A stretch of DNA of 64,000 bases from Alphaproteobacteria bacterium (GCA_038121125.1 JAYOMZ010000005.1:2355-66354); one strand, 5' to 3'; positions 47,645-57,156 are shown, counted from the stretch's first letter. Notes: a model not told the origin generated them from the letters alone. Numbers and translations are program-made.

Positions 47645-50071
47645 CTAGCGTGACCACCAACCGCCTTTTTTGGTTTTTGGCACATCCTCATCATCGATAT
47701 TGACAACTTTTATCTCAACCGAACTGGCAGAGCCGCGTTCAGTTGGTGTATCAGCAGATGGCCCGGCTGGTGCATCGGCTGTTTTTGCCTTTGCCGATTT
47801 GCCAGTCTTGGCTGCCTTTTTCGCTGTCTTTGCCTTTTTCTTTACCGCCTTGCTTTTAGCTGCAGTTTCATCTTCGGCATCAGAAGCGGCCGGTTTTTCT
47901 GCCTTTGCTTTAGCCGTCTTAGCGGTCTTGACGGCTTTTTTGGTGCTCTTTTTCGCCGCCTTTTTGGCTTTCGGTACGGTATTCTCGCCTGATTGTGCCT
48001 CTGCCTCAACTGGTTCAGCCGGGCTTTCATCAGCGGTTATAGCCGGGCTTGCTTCCTGGCTCTGGCTGGCCTCATCAGAAGGGCGGCGGCGCTTTCGTGA
48101 ACGCCGCGGTTTTTTACCCTCGCTCTCGTTCTGGCTTTGCGCTTCTGTGTTAACCACTGCCTCACTATCCGCAGCAGTTTCAGTGCTATCTGGATTGTTA
48201 TTTTCTGCCAGCTGCTGGTCATTTAGCTGGTTATCTTCCTCGCCGCCACGTCTTTTGCGCCGACGCCCGCCGCGCTTGCCTCTGCGACGACGCTTTGGCT
48301 GATCCTCGTCCCCCTCGTCAGAAGATGGCGGGCCGGAAGCTGCATTTCTATCCTGGTTATTGTTCTGGTTTTGATTCTGATTTTGGTTCTGGTGGCGATG
48401 GCGATTATTTTGCCGATCGGAACGTTCATTGCGCTGGTTATCCTGACGCTGACCATCAAAGCGATGTTCAGACGGCAACAGGCTGGTATCTGCCTCAACC
48501 AGAATGGTAATGCCAAACTGGCTTTCCAGCTGGGCAAGCGAGGCGCGTTTCTGGTTCAGAATATAAAGTGCCACCTCTGGATGAACAAAGATGGTAATAT
48601 CCTTGCCAGCCTGTCTGGCGGCTTCCTCTTCGATAATGCGCAGCATTTGCAAGGCAGAGGAATTGACAGAACGTACCCTGCCTGTGCCCAGACAATGCGG
48701 ACAGGATTGCGATACCGATTCAACCAGGGACGGGCGCAAACGCTGGCGGGACATTTCCAGCAAGCCAAAATGCGAGATAGAGCCGACCTGAATTCGTGCC
48801 CGGTCATGGCGCAAGGCATCTTTCAGGCGTCTTTCCACCGCGTTCTGGTTACGGTTTTCATCCATGTCAATGAAATCAATAACAATCAGTCCGGACAGGT
48901 CGCGCAATTTTAATTGCCGGCCTACCTCTTCGGCTGCTTCCAGATTTGTCTTTAGCGCGGTTTCCTCGATATTGCGCTCGCGGGTTGCCTTGCCGGAGTT
49001 CACATCAATTGCAACCAAAGCTTCGGTCTGGTTGATCACCAGATAGCCGCCGGATTTCAGGGTAACTTCATTATGATGAATGGTATCCAGCTGCGGCTCG
49101 ACATTATGAGCCTGAAACAGATGGGTTGATTCTTCATATTTAACAACCCGCTTTGCATGGCTGGGGATCAGCATTTTCATCTGTGCTTTGACGGTTTTAT
49201 AGGCATCCTCGCCTTCTACCAGCACTTCTTCGACATCATTGGTATAGATATCGCGCACCGCACGTTTTACCAGTGAGCCTTCCTCATGGATAGAGGCGGG
49301 GGCTTCTGATTGCAGGGTGGTGGTTCTGATCTCGTCCCATAATTTGGACAGATAGGCATAATCGCGTTTAATTTCAGTTTTGGTGCGTTTTGCCCCGGCG
49401 GTTCTGACGATAACCGCCATACCTTCTGCAACATCCAGATCATTGACAATGGTCTTTAGCCGCTTGCGATCCGCAATATTGGTGATTTTGCGCGATACAC
49501 CGCCACTGCGGCTGCTGTTTGGCATCAGCACGCAATATCTGCCGGCAAGGGACAGATAGGTGGTCAGGGCTGCCCCTTTATTGCCGCGCTCTTCTTTAAC
49601 AACCTGCACCAGCAAAATCTGCTTGCGTGAAATCACTTCCTGAATCTTGTAGCGATGCATCACCGCGGCAGAAGGCTTGGGGCTGTCATTATCTTCATCA
49701 TCCCCGCCAAGTGTTTCCGGGGCATTATCCGGGTTATCTGCGGCAGGGTTTTCCTCTGCCTCATCCTGGCTTTCTGCTTGTTCTGTTTGCCTGGTTTCCT
49801 CTACCAGCGCCTCGCGATCCTCAATCGGGATACGATAATAATCCGGGTGGATTTCGCTAAAGGCAAGAAAACCCTGGCGGTTGCCGCCATATTCGACAAA
49901 GGCGGCCTGCAAGGAAGGTTCAACCCGGGTTACCCGTGCCAGATACACATTTCCTTTTAATTGCTTAAAGCTGGTATTCTCGTAATCGAATTCCTCGATT
50001 TTGTTGCCATTGAGCAAGACAACCCGTGTTTCTTCGGGCTGATGCGCATCGATCAGTAATTTCTTGGTCAT
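47645..50071 (-). CDS. rne: Ribonuclease E
   Basis: Trimmed to the ATG at 50071: MTKKLLIDAHQPEETRVVLL aligns with the E. coli MKRMLINATQQEELRVAL. S1 domain GNVYLARVTRVEPSLQAAFVEYG, catalytic core ALVAIDVNSGK, and the Zn-link CPHCLGTGRV. The C-terminus is long, low-complexity and charged. Confidence 0.95.
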   Translation of the reverse strand: MTKKLLIDAHQPEETRVVLLNGNKIEEFDYENTSFKQLKGNVYLARVTRVEPSLQAAFVEYGGNRQGFLAFSEIHPDYYRIPIEDREALVEETRQTEQAESQDEAEENPAADNPDNAPETLGGDDEDNDSPKPSAAVMHRYKIQEVISRKQILLVQVVKEERGNKGAALTTYLSLAGRYCVLMPNSSRSGGVSRKITNIADRKRLKTIVNDLDVAEGMAVIVRTAGAKRTKTEIKRDYAYLSKLWDEIRTTTLQSEAPASIHEEGSLVKRAVRDIYTNDVEEVLVEGEDAYKTVKAQMKMLIPSHAKRVVKYEESTHLFQAHNVEPQLDTIHHNEVTLKSGGYLVINQTEALVAIDVNSGKATRERNIEETALKTNLEAAEEVGRQLKLRDLSGLIVIDFIDMDENRNQNAVERRLKDALRHDRARIQVGSISHFGLLEMSRQRLRPSLVESVSQSCPHCLGTGRVRSVNSSALQMLRIIEEEAARQAGKDITIFVHPEVALYILNQKRASLAQLESQFGITILVEADTSLLPSEHRFDGQRQDNQRNERSDRQNNRHRHQNQNQNQNQNNNQDRNAASGPPSSDEGDEDQPKRRRRGKRGGRRRKRRGGEEDNQLNDQQLAENNNPDSTETAADSEAVVNTEAQSQNESEGKKPRRSRKRRRPSDEASQSQEASPAITADESPAEPVEAEAQSGENTVPKAKKAAKKSTKKAVKTAKTAKAKAEKPAASDAEDETAAKSKAVKKKAKTAKKAAKTGKSAKAKTADAPAGPSADTPTERGSASSVEIKVVNIDDEDVPKTKKGGWWSR

Positions 50072-50713
50072 AAAGATGTCTTTCTGTGATCCGTCGGTGC
50101 TGGGCATCTACGCGGATATAGGGTGATAGCTGGCGCATTTGCGCGTCAGACAATATGTGGCTGGCAACAGAATATGGGCGTCCATCAGCCAGTGCATTTT
50201 TTGCACGCTGCCCGAGACCCGTTTCGGATGTGTAATCAAGATGGTTTACATACATCATTCTTGCCATAATTCTCCCGTCCCGATTGTGCGTTTTACAGTA
50301 TGTTCAGGGTAAGTGTCTGTTACGTATCACTTGCCTGTTAGCTGCGCCCAGCCGGCGGGTCATTTGTATCGGGCTTTTCAACAGATGCCCCAGCTTTATT
50401 ATGGCAATTGCCCTGTTTGGCTGATGGCGGCGTCTCGCCCGAATTCAAAATTCTGACCCCACTATACAGTAAAAATCTGCAATTCAAAATCATTTCAACA
50501 ATCTATGTTGTTTTTGGGCATAATTCGGGGGTGGTCAGGCGCAGAAGGCTGGTTTATTCTCGCCCAAACAGTAACAAGTCCGGCAATCAAGGCGATATCC
50601 TATTGCCGCATAACAGGATAATGATGGTCTTTGGCATCTTTACAGCGTCGGTAATGAACAGGCTATGTTTTCCTGCTTCTGCTTGCCGGTCTGCCAGGCA
50701 GACAGGTATCTGG

Positions 50714-51994
50714 ATGAAGCTGTTTGTCTTTTTCCTGGCAGGGTTATCCAGCCTTTTTTACAGCCCGTCTGTTTCTGCCCAAAACAGTTTAACCGCACTG
50801 CGGCTGGGCAATGTTGAAATAGATGGCCAAACCGCCTTGCGGCTGGTGGTTGAAACCGCTGCCCCGCAACCGGCTAAAATGCTGTTATTATCTGACCCTT
50901 ATCGTCTGGTTTTGGATTATCAGGATATGGAATGGGCGGTAGAGGGGCTTGCCCCCTCTGGCCAGCTAGACCATCTGCCTGCCATCGCCTATCGTTTTGG
51001 CCATCCACAGCCGGATGCCGGACGGCTGGTGATAGAGCTGGCCAGCCCTGCCTCACCAGAGCGTGCCTTTACCCTGCCGCCAAACCGGACCGGTCATCGT
51101 CTGGTCATCGATCTGATGGATAGGGGCGAGATATCCTTTAGCCTTGCCCAGAAAGCCCTTGCCAGCGGCAGCTTTCAACCAGCCGCACAGACAGCGGCGC
51201 AAAATACGCTGCCGCCGCCCACCAGCGCATCAAATCTGCAATCAGGTGCACCAGTTCAGGCCAGCCTGTCCGGGCGTCCTGTCACCATTGGTGTGCCCCA
51301 GCCCCGCCCGAAACGCTGGGTCGTGGCAATCGATGCAGGGCATGGCGGAAAAGACCCGGGCGCGATTGGCAAGCGCGGCAGCCGGGAAAAGGATATCACG
51401 CTGGCAGCGGCAAAACAGCTGGTCAAACATCTGAACGCTTCAGGCAAGATAACGGCACGGCTGGTGCGTTCGGGCGATCGGTATTTGAAATTGCGCCAGC
51501 GAATTCAAATTGCCCGCGATATGGGTGCAGATGCGTTTATCTCGCTTCATGCAGATTCAGCCTCCCGTTCCTCGGCGCGCGGCATTTCGGTATTTTCTTT
51601 ATCAGACAAAGCCTCTGACAAGGAAGCAGCGCTTCTGGCTCGCAATGAAAATAAAGCCGATTTAATTGGCGGGCCTGATCTGGGCAGCCAGGATCCGCTG
51701 GCTGCCAATGCGCTGCTGGGGATGTTCCAGCGCGAGACAATGAACGAATCTGCCTATCTGGCACGTGCCATTCTGGATGAGATTAAGGGCTTTCCAGGCG
51801 GGGATAAGCGCGGCCATCGCTTTGCAGGTTTTGCGGTGCTAAAATCGCCTGATGTGCCGTCTGTTTTGGTGGAGATGGGTTTTTTAAGCAATGCAAGTGA
51901 TGAAAAAAATCTGAATTCCAGCCAATATCGCGATAAACTAACACGGCAAATTGCCAAAGCAATTCTGGTCTGGCTGGAAAGGTCCGGGCGGTAA
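50714..51994 (+). CDS. N-acetylmuramoyl-L-alanine amidase (AmiC-type: AMIN domain plus Amidase_3)
   Basis: Start chosen at 50714 (MKLFVFFLAGLSSLFYSPSVSAQ signal); 50654 is an alternative. AMIN-like LRLVVETAAP...YRLVLDY. Catalytic domain VVAIDAGHGGKDPGA, FISLHAD and VLVEMGFLSN. Confidence 0.85.
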   Translation: MKLFVFFLAGLSSLFYSPSVSAQNSLTALRLGNVEIDGQTALRLVVETAAPQPAKMLLLSDPYRLVLDYQDMEWAVEGLAPSGQLDHLPAIAYRFGHPQPDAGRLVIELASPASPERAFTLPPNRTGHRLVIDLMDRGEISFSLAQKALASGSFQPAAQTAAQNTLPPPTSASNLQSGAPVQASLSGRPVTIGVPQPRPKRWVVAIDAGHGGKDPGAIGKRGSREKDITLAAAKQLVKHLNASGKITARLVRSGDRYLKLRQRIQIARDMGADAFISLHADSASRSSARGISVFSLSDKASDKEAALLARNENKADLIGGPDLGSQDPLAANALLGMFQRETMNESAYLARAILDEIKGFPGGDKRGHRFAGFAVLKSPDVPSVLVEMGFLSNASDEKNLNSSQYRDKLTRQIAKAILVWLERSGR

Positions 51995-52030
51995 TTGGCC
52001 ACAAGTCTGCCGTAATTCCCGCTTATTAGA

Positions 52031-54457
52031 GTGTCTATGGTAAAAATTCTATTCAGATTGTTTCTAGCAACATTTTTACTGGGGGTGGCCGGGCTCACCG
52101 CCATCTTATGGGTGTTCTGGAAATGGGGTCAGGATTTGCCGCCCTATCATCAGCTCTCGCGCTATGAGCCGCCTGTGGCCAGCCGCGTTCATGCTGGCAA
52201 TGGGGCATTACTGGCAGAATTTGCCACACAAAAACGGCTTTTTGTCCCTGTCAAAGCCATGCCGCCGCAATTGGTTCATGCGTTTTTATCCGCAGAAGAC
52301 AAAGCCTTTTTTCAGCATCCGGGTGTTGACCCCATCGCCCTGACCAGAGCGGTTGTCACCAATATCGCGGCGATGGGAAGCGGGCGCAGACTGATAGGCG
52401 CCTCTACTATCACCCAGCAGGTTGCCAAGAATTTTTTGCTGACCAACGAGCTGTCTTTTGATCGCAAGATAAAAGAGGCCATTCTGGCTATTCGTATGGA
52501 ACGCGCTTTTTCCAAAGAACAGATACTTGCTCTCTATCTGAACGAGATTTATCTGGGATATGGCAGTTACGGCGTGGCCGCTGCTGCGCTGAATTATTTT
52601 GACAAAGCACTGGATAAGCTGGATTTGCATGAAATGGCCTATCTGGCCGCACTGCCCAAAGCCCCGTCAAATTATCACCCCCAGCGCAAAACCAAAGCCG
52701 CGATAGGGCGGCGAAACTGGGTGCTGCGGCAGATGCAGGAAAATGGCTATATCACCGCAGCAGAGGCAGCAGAAGCCCAGGCCCAGCCTCTTGGCATACG
52801 TGCTGCCAGCGGCTTTGATGAGACCAGCGCGCCCTATTTTACCGAAGAAATACGCCGCTTGCTGATTGAACGCTACGGACCGGACACGCTCTATGAGGGC
52901 GGCTTGTATGTGCGCTCAACCCTGGATCCGACATTACAGGAAAAAGCCCAGCGCGCATTACGCGAAGGGCTGGAGGCACTGGACAGGCGCCAAGGCTGGC
53001 GCGGGGCTCTTGGGCGGCTGGATCAAGCTGTTAATTTGGATGCCCAGCTGGCAGAATATACCAAAGCCCTGCCGGATTTACGCTATGCCGCCCTGGTAAC
53101 AGATGTTCACGATGACCGCGCTGAAATCTATGTGAATGGCCAGATAGCCACCATCCCCTTTGAGCTGGCAAAATGGGCCTATCCACCGCGTCGCCCCGAC
53201 GGGGTGCGCCCGCCGCCGCTTGCCTCGCTAAAAGAAGCGCTGGCCATAGATGATATTATCATTGTTCAGCCCCCTGATGAGGCAAAGGATTTGCTAAAAG
53301 AGGGATATGAGCCGAAAACAGGGGAATTTGCCCTTGGCCAGCGGCCAGCTGTCGAGGGGGCGATTGTGGCACTTGACCCGCATACCGGGCGTATGCTGGC
53401 ACTGGTTGGCGGATATGATTATCGGGTATCTGAATTTAATCGAGCCACACAGGCAAGGCGTCAGCCCGGCTCTGCTTTCAAGCCTTTTGTCTATTTAGCG
53501 GCTCTGGATAAGGGCTATTCCCCGACCACCCTTATTCTGGATGCCCCTCTGGCACTGGATCAGGGGCAGGGCAAGCCAAAATGGAAGCCGGCCAACTATA
53601 CCAGAAAATTTTATGGCCCGTCGATTATGCGCGTTGGCATTGAAAAATCGCGTAATTTGATGACTGCAAGGCTGGCAATGGCGATTGGTATGCCTACCGT
53701 TCAGGAATATGCCGCAAAATTCGGGATTGATGCAGAAATGCCGCCCTATTTATCCATGTCACTTGGGGCTGGCGAGACGACATTGCTGAAACTCACCGCT
53801 GCCTATGGCCAGATTGTCAATGGCGGGCGCAAGATTGAAGTCAGCCTGATTGACCGGGTTCAGGATCGCTATGGCCGCACCCTGATGCGCCATGACGGGC
53901 GTGATTGTTCGGCCTGTGCGGCGCGCGAAGGCTGGCAAGGCCAGAAGATACCGGAGCTGCCAATATCAGGCGAGCAGCTGACCTCGCCGGCTTCTGCCTA
54001 TCAGATGGTGTCCATGCTGGAAGGGGTTATCACACGCGGAACGGGCAGGCGTATTGCCGATAGCGGACTGGTACTGGCAGGTAAAACCGGCACAACAAAT
54101 GATAATACAAATGCGATGTTTATCGGTTTTTCCCCTGACCTGGTGGTGGGGGTATATGTTGGCTATGATATTCCGCGTCCCTTGGGTAAATCTGAAACAG
54201 GCTCTACCGCTGCTGTACCGATTTTTAAGGATTTTATGATGGATGCGCTGGCCAATGCCCCGATAATCCCGTTTCGGCGGCCAGGCGGCATCAGCCTTGT
54301 GCCTATCCATGCCGAGACAGGCGAGCGGGTGCGTCATGATGATAAAATGGCTGTATTGGAAGCCTTCAAACCCGGCCAACGCCCAAAATCCGGCATATTG
54401 ATCGATTTGCCGGATGCCAGCCCTGCTTCTGGTGTTGACGCACCGGCCTTGTATTGA
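52031..54457 (+). CDS. mrcA: Penicillin-binding protein 1A (bifunctional glycosyltransferase/transpeptidase)
   Basis: GT51 motifs AFLSAEDKAFFQHPGVD, GASTITQQVAKN and RKIKE. Transpeptidase motifs SAFKPFVY (SxxK), SRN and KTGTTN. Start is GTG at 52031 or ATG at 52037. Confidence 0.95.
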   Translation: MSMVKILFRLFLATFLLGVAGLTAILWVFWKWGQDLPPYHQLSRYEPPVASRVHAGNGALLAEFATQKRLFVPVKAMPPQLVHAFLSAEDKAFFQHPGVDPIALTRAVVTNIAAMGSGRRLIGASTITQQVAKNFLLTNELSFDRKIKEAILAIRMERAFSKEQILALYLNEIYLGYGSYGVAAAALNYFDKALDKLDLHEMAYLAALPKAPSNYHPQRKTKAAIGRRNWVLRQMQENGYITAAEAAEAQAQPLGIRAASGFDETSAPYFTEEIRRLLIERYGPDTLYEGGLYVRSTLDPTLQEKAQRALREGLEALDRRQGWRGALGRLDQAVNLDAQLAEYTKALPDLRYAALVTDVHDDRAEIYVNGQIATIPFELAKWAYPPRRPDGVRPPPLASLKEALAIDDIIIVQPPDEAKDLLKEGYEPKTGEFALGQRPAVEGAIVALDPHTGRMLALVGGYDYRVSEFNRATQARRQPGSAFKPFVYLAALDKGYSPTTLILDAPLALDQGQGKPKWKPANYTRKFYGPSIMRVGIEKSRNLMTARLAMAIGMPTVQEYAAKFGIDAEMPPYLSMSLGAGETTLLKLTAAYGQIVNGGRKIEVSLIDRVQDRYGRTLMRHDGRDCSACAAREGWQGQKIPELPISGEQLTSPASAYQMVSMLEGVITRGTGRRIADSGLVLAGKTGTTNDNTNAMFIGFSPDLVVGVYVGYDIPRPLGKSETGSTAAVPIFKDFMMDALANAPIIPFRRPGGISLVPIHAETGERVRHDDKMAVLEAFKPGQRPKSGILIDLPDASPASGVDAPALY

Positions 54458-54513
54458 TACCCCCTATATCAAGATAGTTTTTCCCCTTTTGATGGTTTGT
54501 CAGGATTATTGTC

Positions 54514-55623
54514 ATGCAGACGGAATCGCAGCCCGATATTGATGTTATTCAATCCGCTATAGAATTGCTGCGCCGGCATATTGACTGGGATAAGGCCCTG
54601 CAACGCCAAAGCGATTTGGAAGCCCATATTGCGCGGGCAGATTTTTGGGAGGATCAGGCAGAAGCCCAGAAAATCATGCGCGAAAAAAACCATCTGGATC
54701 AGCAAATTGACGCTATCAGGATGCTGGAAAATGGCCTTGGCGAACATACTGAATTAATGGAGCTGGCCGAGGAAGAAAATGATGCAGAGATGATTGCCGA
54801 AGCTGTCTCTGCTTTGCAAAAACTGGCTGAAATCGCCAGCAAAAAACAGCTGGAATCGCTCCTCTCCGGCGAGGCAGATAGCAATAATTGTTTTATTGAA
54901 ATTCATCCCGGTGCTGGCGGTACAGAAGCGCAGGATTGGGCGTCCATGTTGCTGCGTATGTATTCCAGATGGGCAGAAAGCCGCGGCTTCAAGCTGGAAA
55001 CCATCGAGGAAAGTGACGGTGAAGAGGCAGGGATTAAATCTGCGACCTTGCGGGTTAGCGGGGTCAATGCCTATGGCTGGATGAAAACAGAATCAGGGGT
55101 GCATCGGCTGGTGCGGATATCGCCTTATGACAGTTCTGCCAGACGCCATACCAGCTTTGCCTCTGTCTGGATTTATCCGGAAGTGGATGACAATATCGAT
55201 ATCACGGTAGAGGAAAAAGATTTGCGGGTGGATACCTATCGTTCCTCAGGGGCAGGCGGGCAACACGTCAATACCACGGATTCTGCTATTCGCATTACCC
55301 ATTTGCCCACCAATATTGTGGTGCAATGTCAGTCAGACCGAAGCCAGCATCGCAATCGGGCCACCGCTATGAATATGCTGAAAGCCCGCCTATATGAGCT
55401 GGAATTGCAAAAGCGTGAAGAGGCGGCATCCGATGGCAATGCCAGTAAATCTGAAATTGGCTGGGGCAGCCAGATCCGCTCTTATGTCTTGCACCCCTAT
55501 CAGATGGTCAAGGATTTGCGTACCAATGTCGAGACCGGCAATTCACAAGCGGTTCTGGATGGCGATCTGGACGGGTTTATTGAGGCCAGCCTTGCTGCAC
55601 GGGTTGGCTCTACGCGAAACTAG
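54514..55623 (+). CDS. prfB: Peptide chain release factor 2, encoded in a single frame (no programmed +1 frameshift)
   Basis: 369 aa. GGQ motif SSGAGGQHVNTTDSA and codon-recognition region RISPYDSSARRHTSFASV. The N-terminus LLRRHIDWDKALQRQSDLE aligns with E. coli VLRGYL(*)DYDAKKERLEEV without interruption. Confidence 0.95.
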   Translation: MQTESQPDIDVIQSAIELLRRHIDWDKALQRQSDLEAHIARADFWEDQAEAQKIMREKNHLDQQIDAIRMLENGLGEHTELMELAEEENDAEMIAEAVSALQKLAEIASKKQLESLLSGEADSNNCFIEIHPGAGGTEAQDWASMLLRMYSRWAESRGFKLETIEESDGEEAGIKSATLRVSGVNAYGWMKTESGVHRLVRISPYDSSARRHTSFASVWIYPEVDDNIDITVEEKDLRVDTYRSSGAGGQHVNTTDSAIRITHLPTNIVVQCQSDRSQHRNRATAMNMLKARLYELELQKREEAASDGNASKSEIGWGSQIRSYVLHPYQMVKDLRTNVETGNSQAVLDGDLDGFIEASLAARVGSTRN

Positions 55624-56483
55624 CCTTGCGCTTTTCTTTTGCGTTCTTCTCTGGCACGTTCTTCTCTGGCACGTTCTTCTCTGGCCTGCTCTGCGGCCAG
55701 AGGGCCGTAAAAGGCAGAGGAAAAGCGTGCAGCGGTGCGCGCCGGGATATTGAAAGGCGGTTTCAGCGCCCCGTTAAAATAGTGGCGCACCAGATTTTGC
55801 CAGCTGGAAATCGGGTCGCGCCGCTCGCACCCGCAGACATAATCAAACCATCTTTTGCCTGTGCCGACATGGCCAATTTCATCATGCATGATGATTTCCA
55901 GAATTTCAGCTGATGCGTCATCTTCTACCTCGCGCATCTTGTCTATCAGTTGCGGGGTAACATCCAGGCCTCGGGCTTCGAGAACCAGTGGGGCGATGGC
56001 CAGACGCCCGGCCAGATCAGAGGCGGTTTTTACCGCCGCCTCCCACAAGCCGTCATGGGCTGGCAGCGCGCCATAAAAACTGCCCAGTTTTTCCAGCCTG
56101 TGCTGTAATAGGGTGAAATGACGCGCTTCATCACTGGCAACGGACAGCCAGTCCTCTACAAAAGCAAAGGGCAGACCATATCTTGCATAGCGCACGGCAA
56201 TATCCAGCGATAAATCTATCGCATTTAGCTCTATATGGGCGATAGCGTGTAGCAGGGCAATGCGCCCTGTCTTGCCCTTGCTGATGCGCCGCCTTGGCAC
56301 AAAGCGCGGTGCAAGCAATTCCGGCTTGTTCGGGCGGCCAGGCCGCAATCCGATATCGATAGGGGCAGCATGGTCATAATGGCCTTTTTTCAAATCATCA
56401 TAGGCCTGTGCTGCCAGCTGCGCTTTTTCCAGCGGGTCAGAGCAGTTATAGGCGGCCAGAATAGCCGGGCTGATATCAGGCAT
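55620..56483 (-). CDS. DUF455 ferritin-like di-iron-fold protein (function unknown)
   Basis: LLHAIAHIELNAIDL, EARHFTLL and IIMHDEIGHV supply ExxH-type ligand pairs typical of the ferritin-like DUF455 family. The 3' end overlaps the prfB stop by 4 nt (convergent). Confidence 0.72.
   Translation of the reverse strand: MPDISPAILAAYNCSDPLEKAQLAAQAYDDLKKGHYDHAAPIDIGLRPGRPNKPELLAPRFVPRRRISKGKTGRIALLHAIAHIELNAIDLSLDIAVRYARYGLPFAFVEDWLSVASDEARHFTLLQHRLEKLGSFYGALPAHDGLWEAAVKTASDLAGRLAIAPLVLEARGLDVTPQLIDKMREVEDDASAEILEIIMHDEIGHVGTGKRWFDYVCGCERRDPISSWQNLVRHYFNGALKPPFNIPARTAARFSSAFYGPLAAEQAREERAREERAREERKRKAQG
55641..55685. repeat. In-frame 15-nt tandem repeat (3 units) at the 3' end of the DUF455 gene
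   Basis: gcgttcttctctggc / acgttcttctctggc / acgttcttctctggc on the plus strand, encoding AREERAREERAREER on the minus strand. Confidence 0.9.
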
Positions 56484-56497
56484 TATTCAGCCCTTTT

Positions 56498-56959
56498 TCA
56501 GCCGCCAGCCTGGACGTGTTCCAGTACTTCTTCTGCATGGCCGGGTATTTTTACCTTTGGCCAGATACGCCCGATACGCCCATCCGCATTGATGATAAAG
56601 GTCGCCCGCTGAATGCCCATATATTTGCGGCCATACATTGATTTCTCGACCCAGACGCCAAAGGCTTCACAGGCGGTGCCTTCGGTATCGGCGCCCAATA
56701 GACAGGTTAGACCGTATTTGTCCCGGAATTTAGCCTGTTTTTCCGCACTATCTTTGGAAATACCGATGACAAGCGTATTGGCAGCTTCAAATTCAGCCTG
56801 CAATGCCGAAAAAGCCATCGCCTCTTTTGTACAGCCGGATGTATCGGCTTTCGGGAAAAAGAAAATAATCACATTTTTGCCAAGATGTTCTGACAGGGTA
56901 AATGAACCCTGGTCGGTCATCAGGGAAAGGGCGGGGGCTGTTTGTCCGGTTTCAACCAT
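56498..56959 (-). CDS. bcp: Thioredoxin-dependent thiol peroxidase (peroxiredoxin Bcp/PrxQ)
   Basis: FFFPKADTSGCTKEA peroxidatic-Cys motif; 153 aa. Confidence 0.9.
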   Translation of the reverse strand: MVETGQTAPALSLMTDQGSFTLSEHLGKNVIIFFFPKADTSGCTKEAMAFSALQAEFEAANTLVIGISKDSAEKQAKFRDKYGLTCLLGADTEGTACEAFGVWVEKSMYGRKYMGIQRATFIINADGRIGRIWPKVKIPGHAEEVLEHVQAGG

Positions 56960-57071
56960 AAAAATGTCTCCCAGGCGGCAAGTTATCCTTCATTGTTCTG
57001 CGACATAATATAGTATGGAATAAAAAAAAGACATATAGCTCGGAACAGATTATTACAGTTAAGGGTATTTT

Positions 57072-57086
57072 TGGCATTGACTTTGC
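57072..57086 (+). promoter_or_regulatory. Sigma-54-like -24/-12 element upstream of the YhdP/AsmA-like gene (candidate only)
   Basis: TGGCAT-tgact-TTGC has the canonical 12-nt GG-to-GC register of TGGCAC-N5-TTGC. It lies about 70 nt upstream of the ATG at 57157, on the correct strand, in a 197-nt intergenic region. Confidence 0.3.
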
Positions 57087-57156
57087 CTGATGGGCAATGG
57101 CTGGCAAGGCCAGACACAAGCAAGAGAAAACTTTAAGAAGTTAGGCATTCAACAAG

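Noticed and set aside
47670-48302. A 210-aa Ala/Ser/Leu/Phe-rich ORF antisense to the RNase E C-terminal region.
   Set aside because: It mirrors the low-complexity Lys/Ala/Glu coding repeats on the other strand. No start context or motifs support it.
49965-50267. A 100-aa ORF in the rne leader, overlapping the rne start in another frame (possible uORF).
   Set aside because: It has no Shine-Dalgarno sequence or protein-like features, and it overlaps the well-aligned RNase E N-terminus. It is more likely chance.
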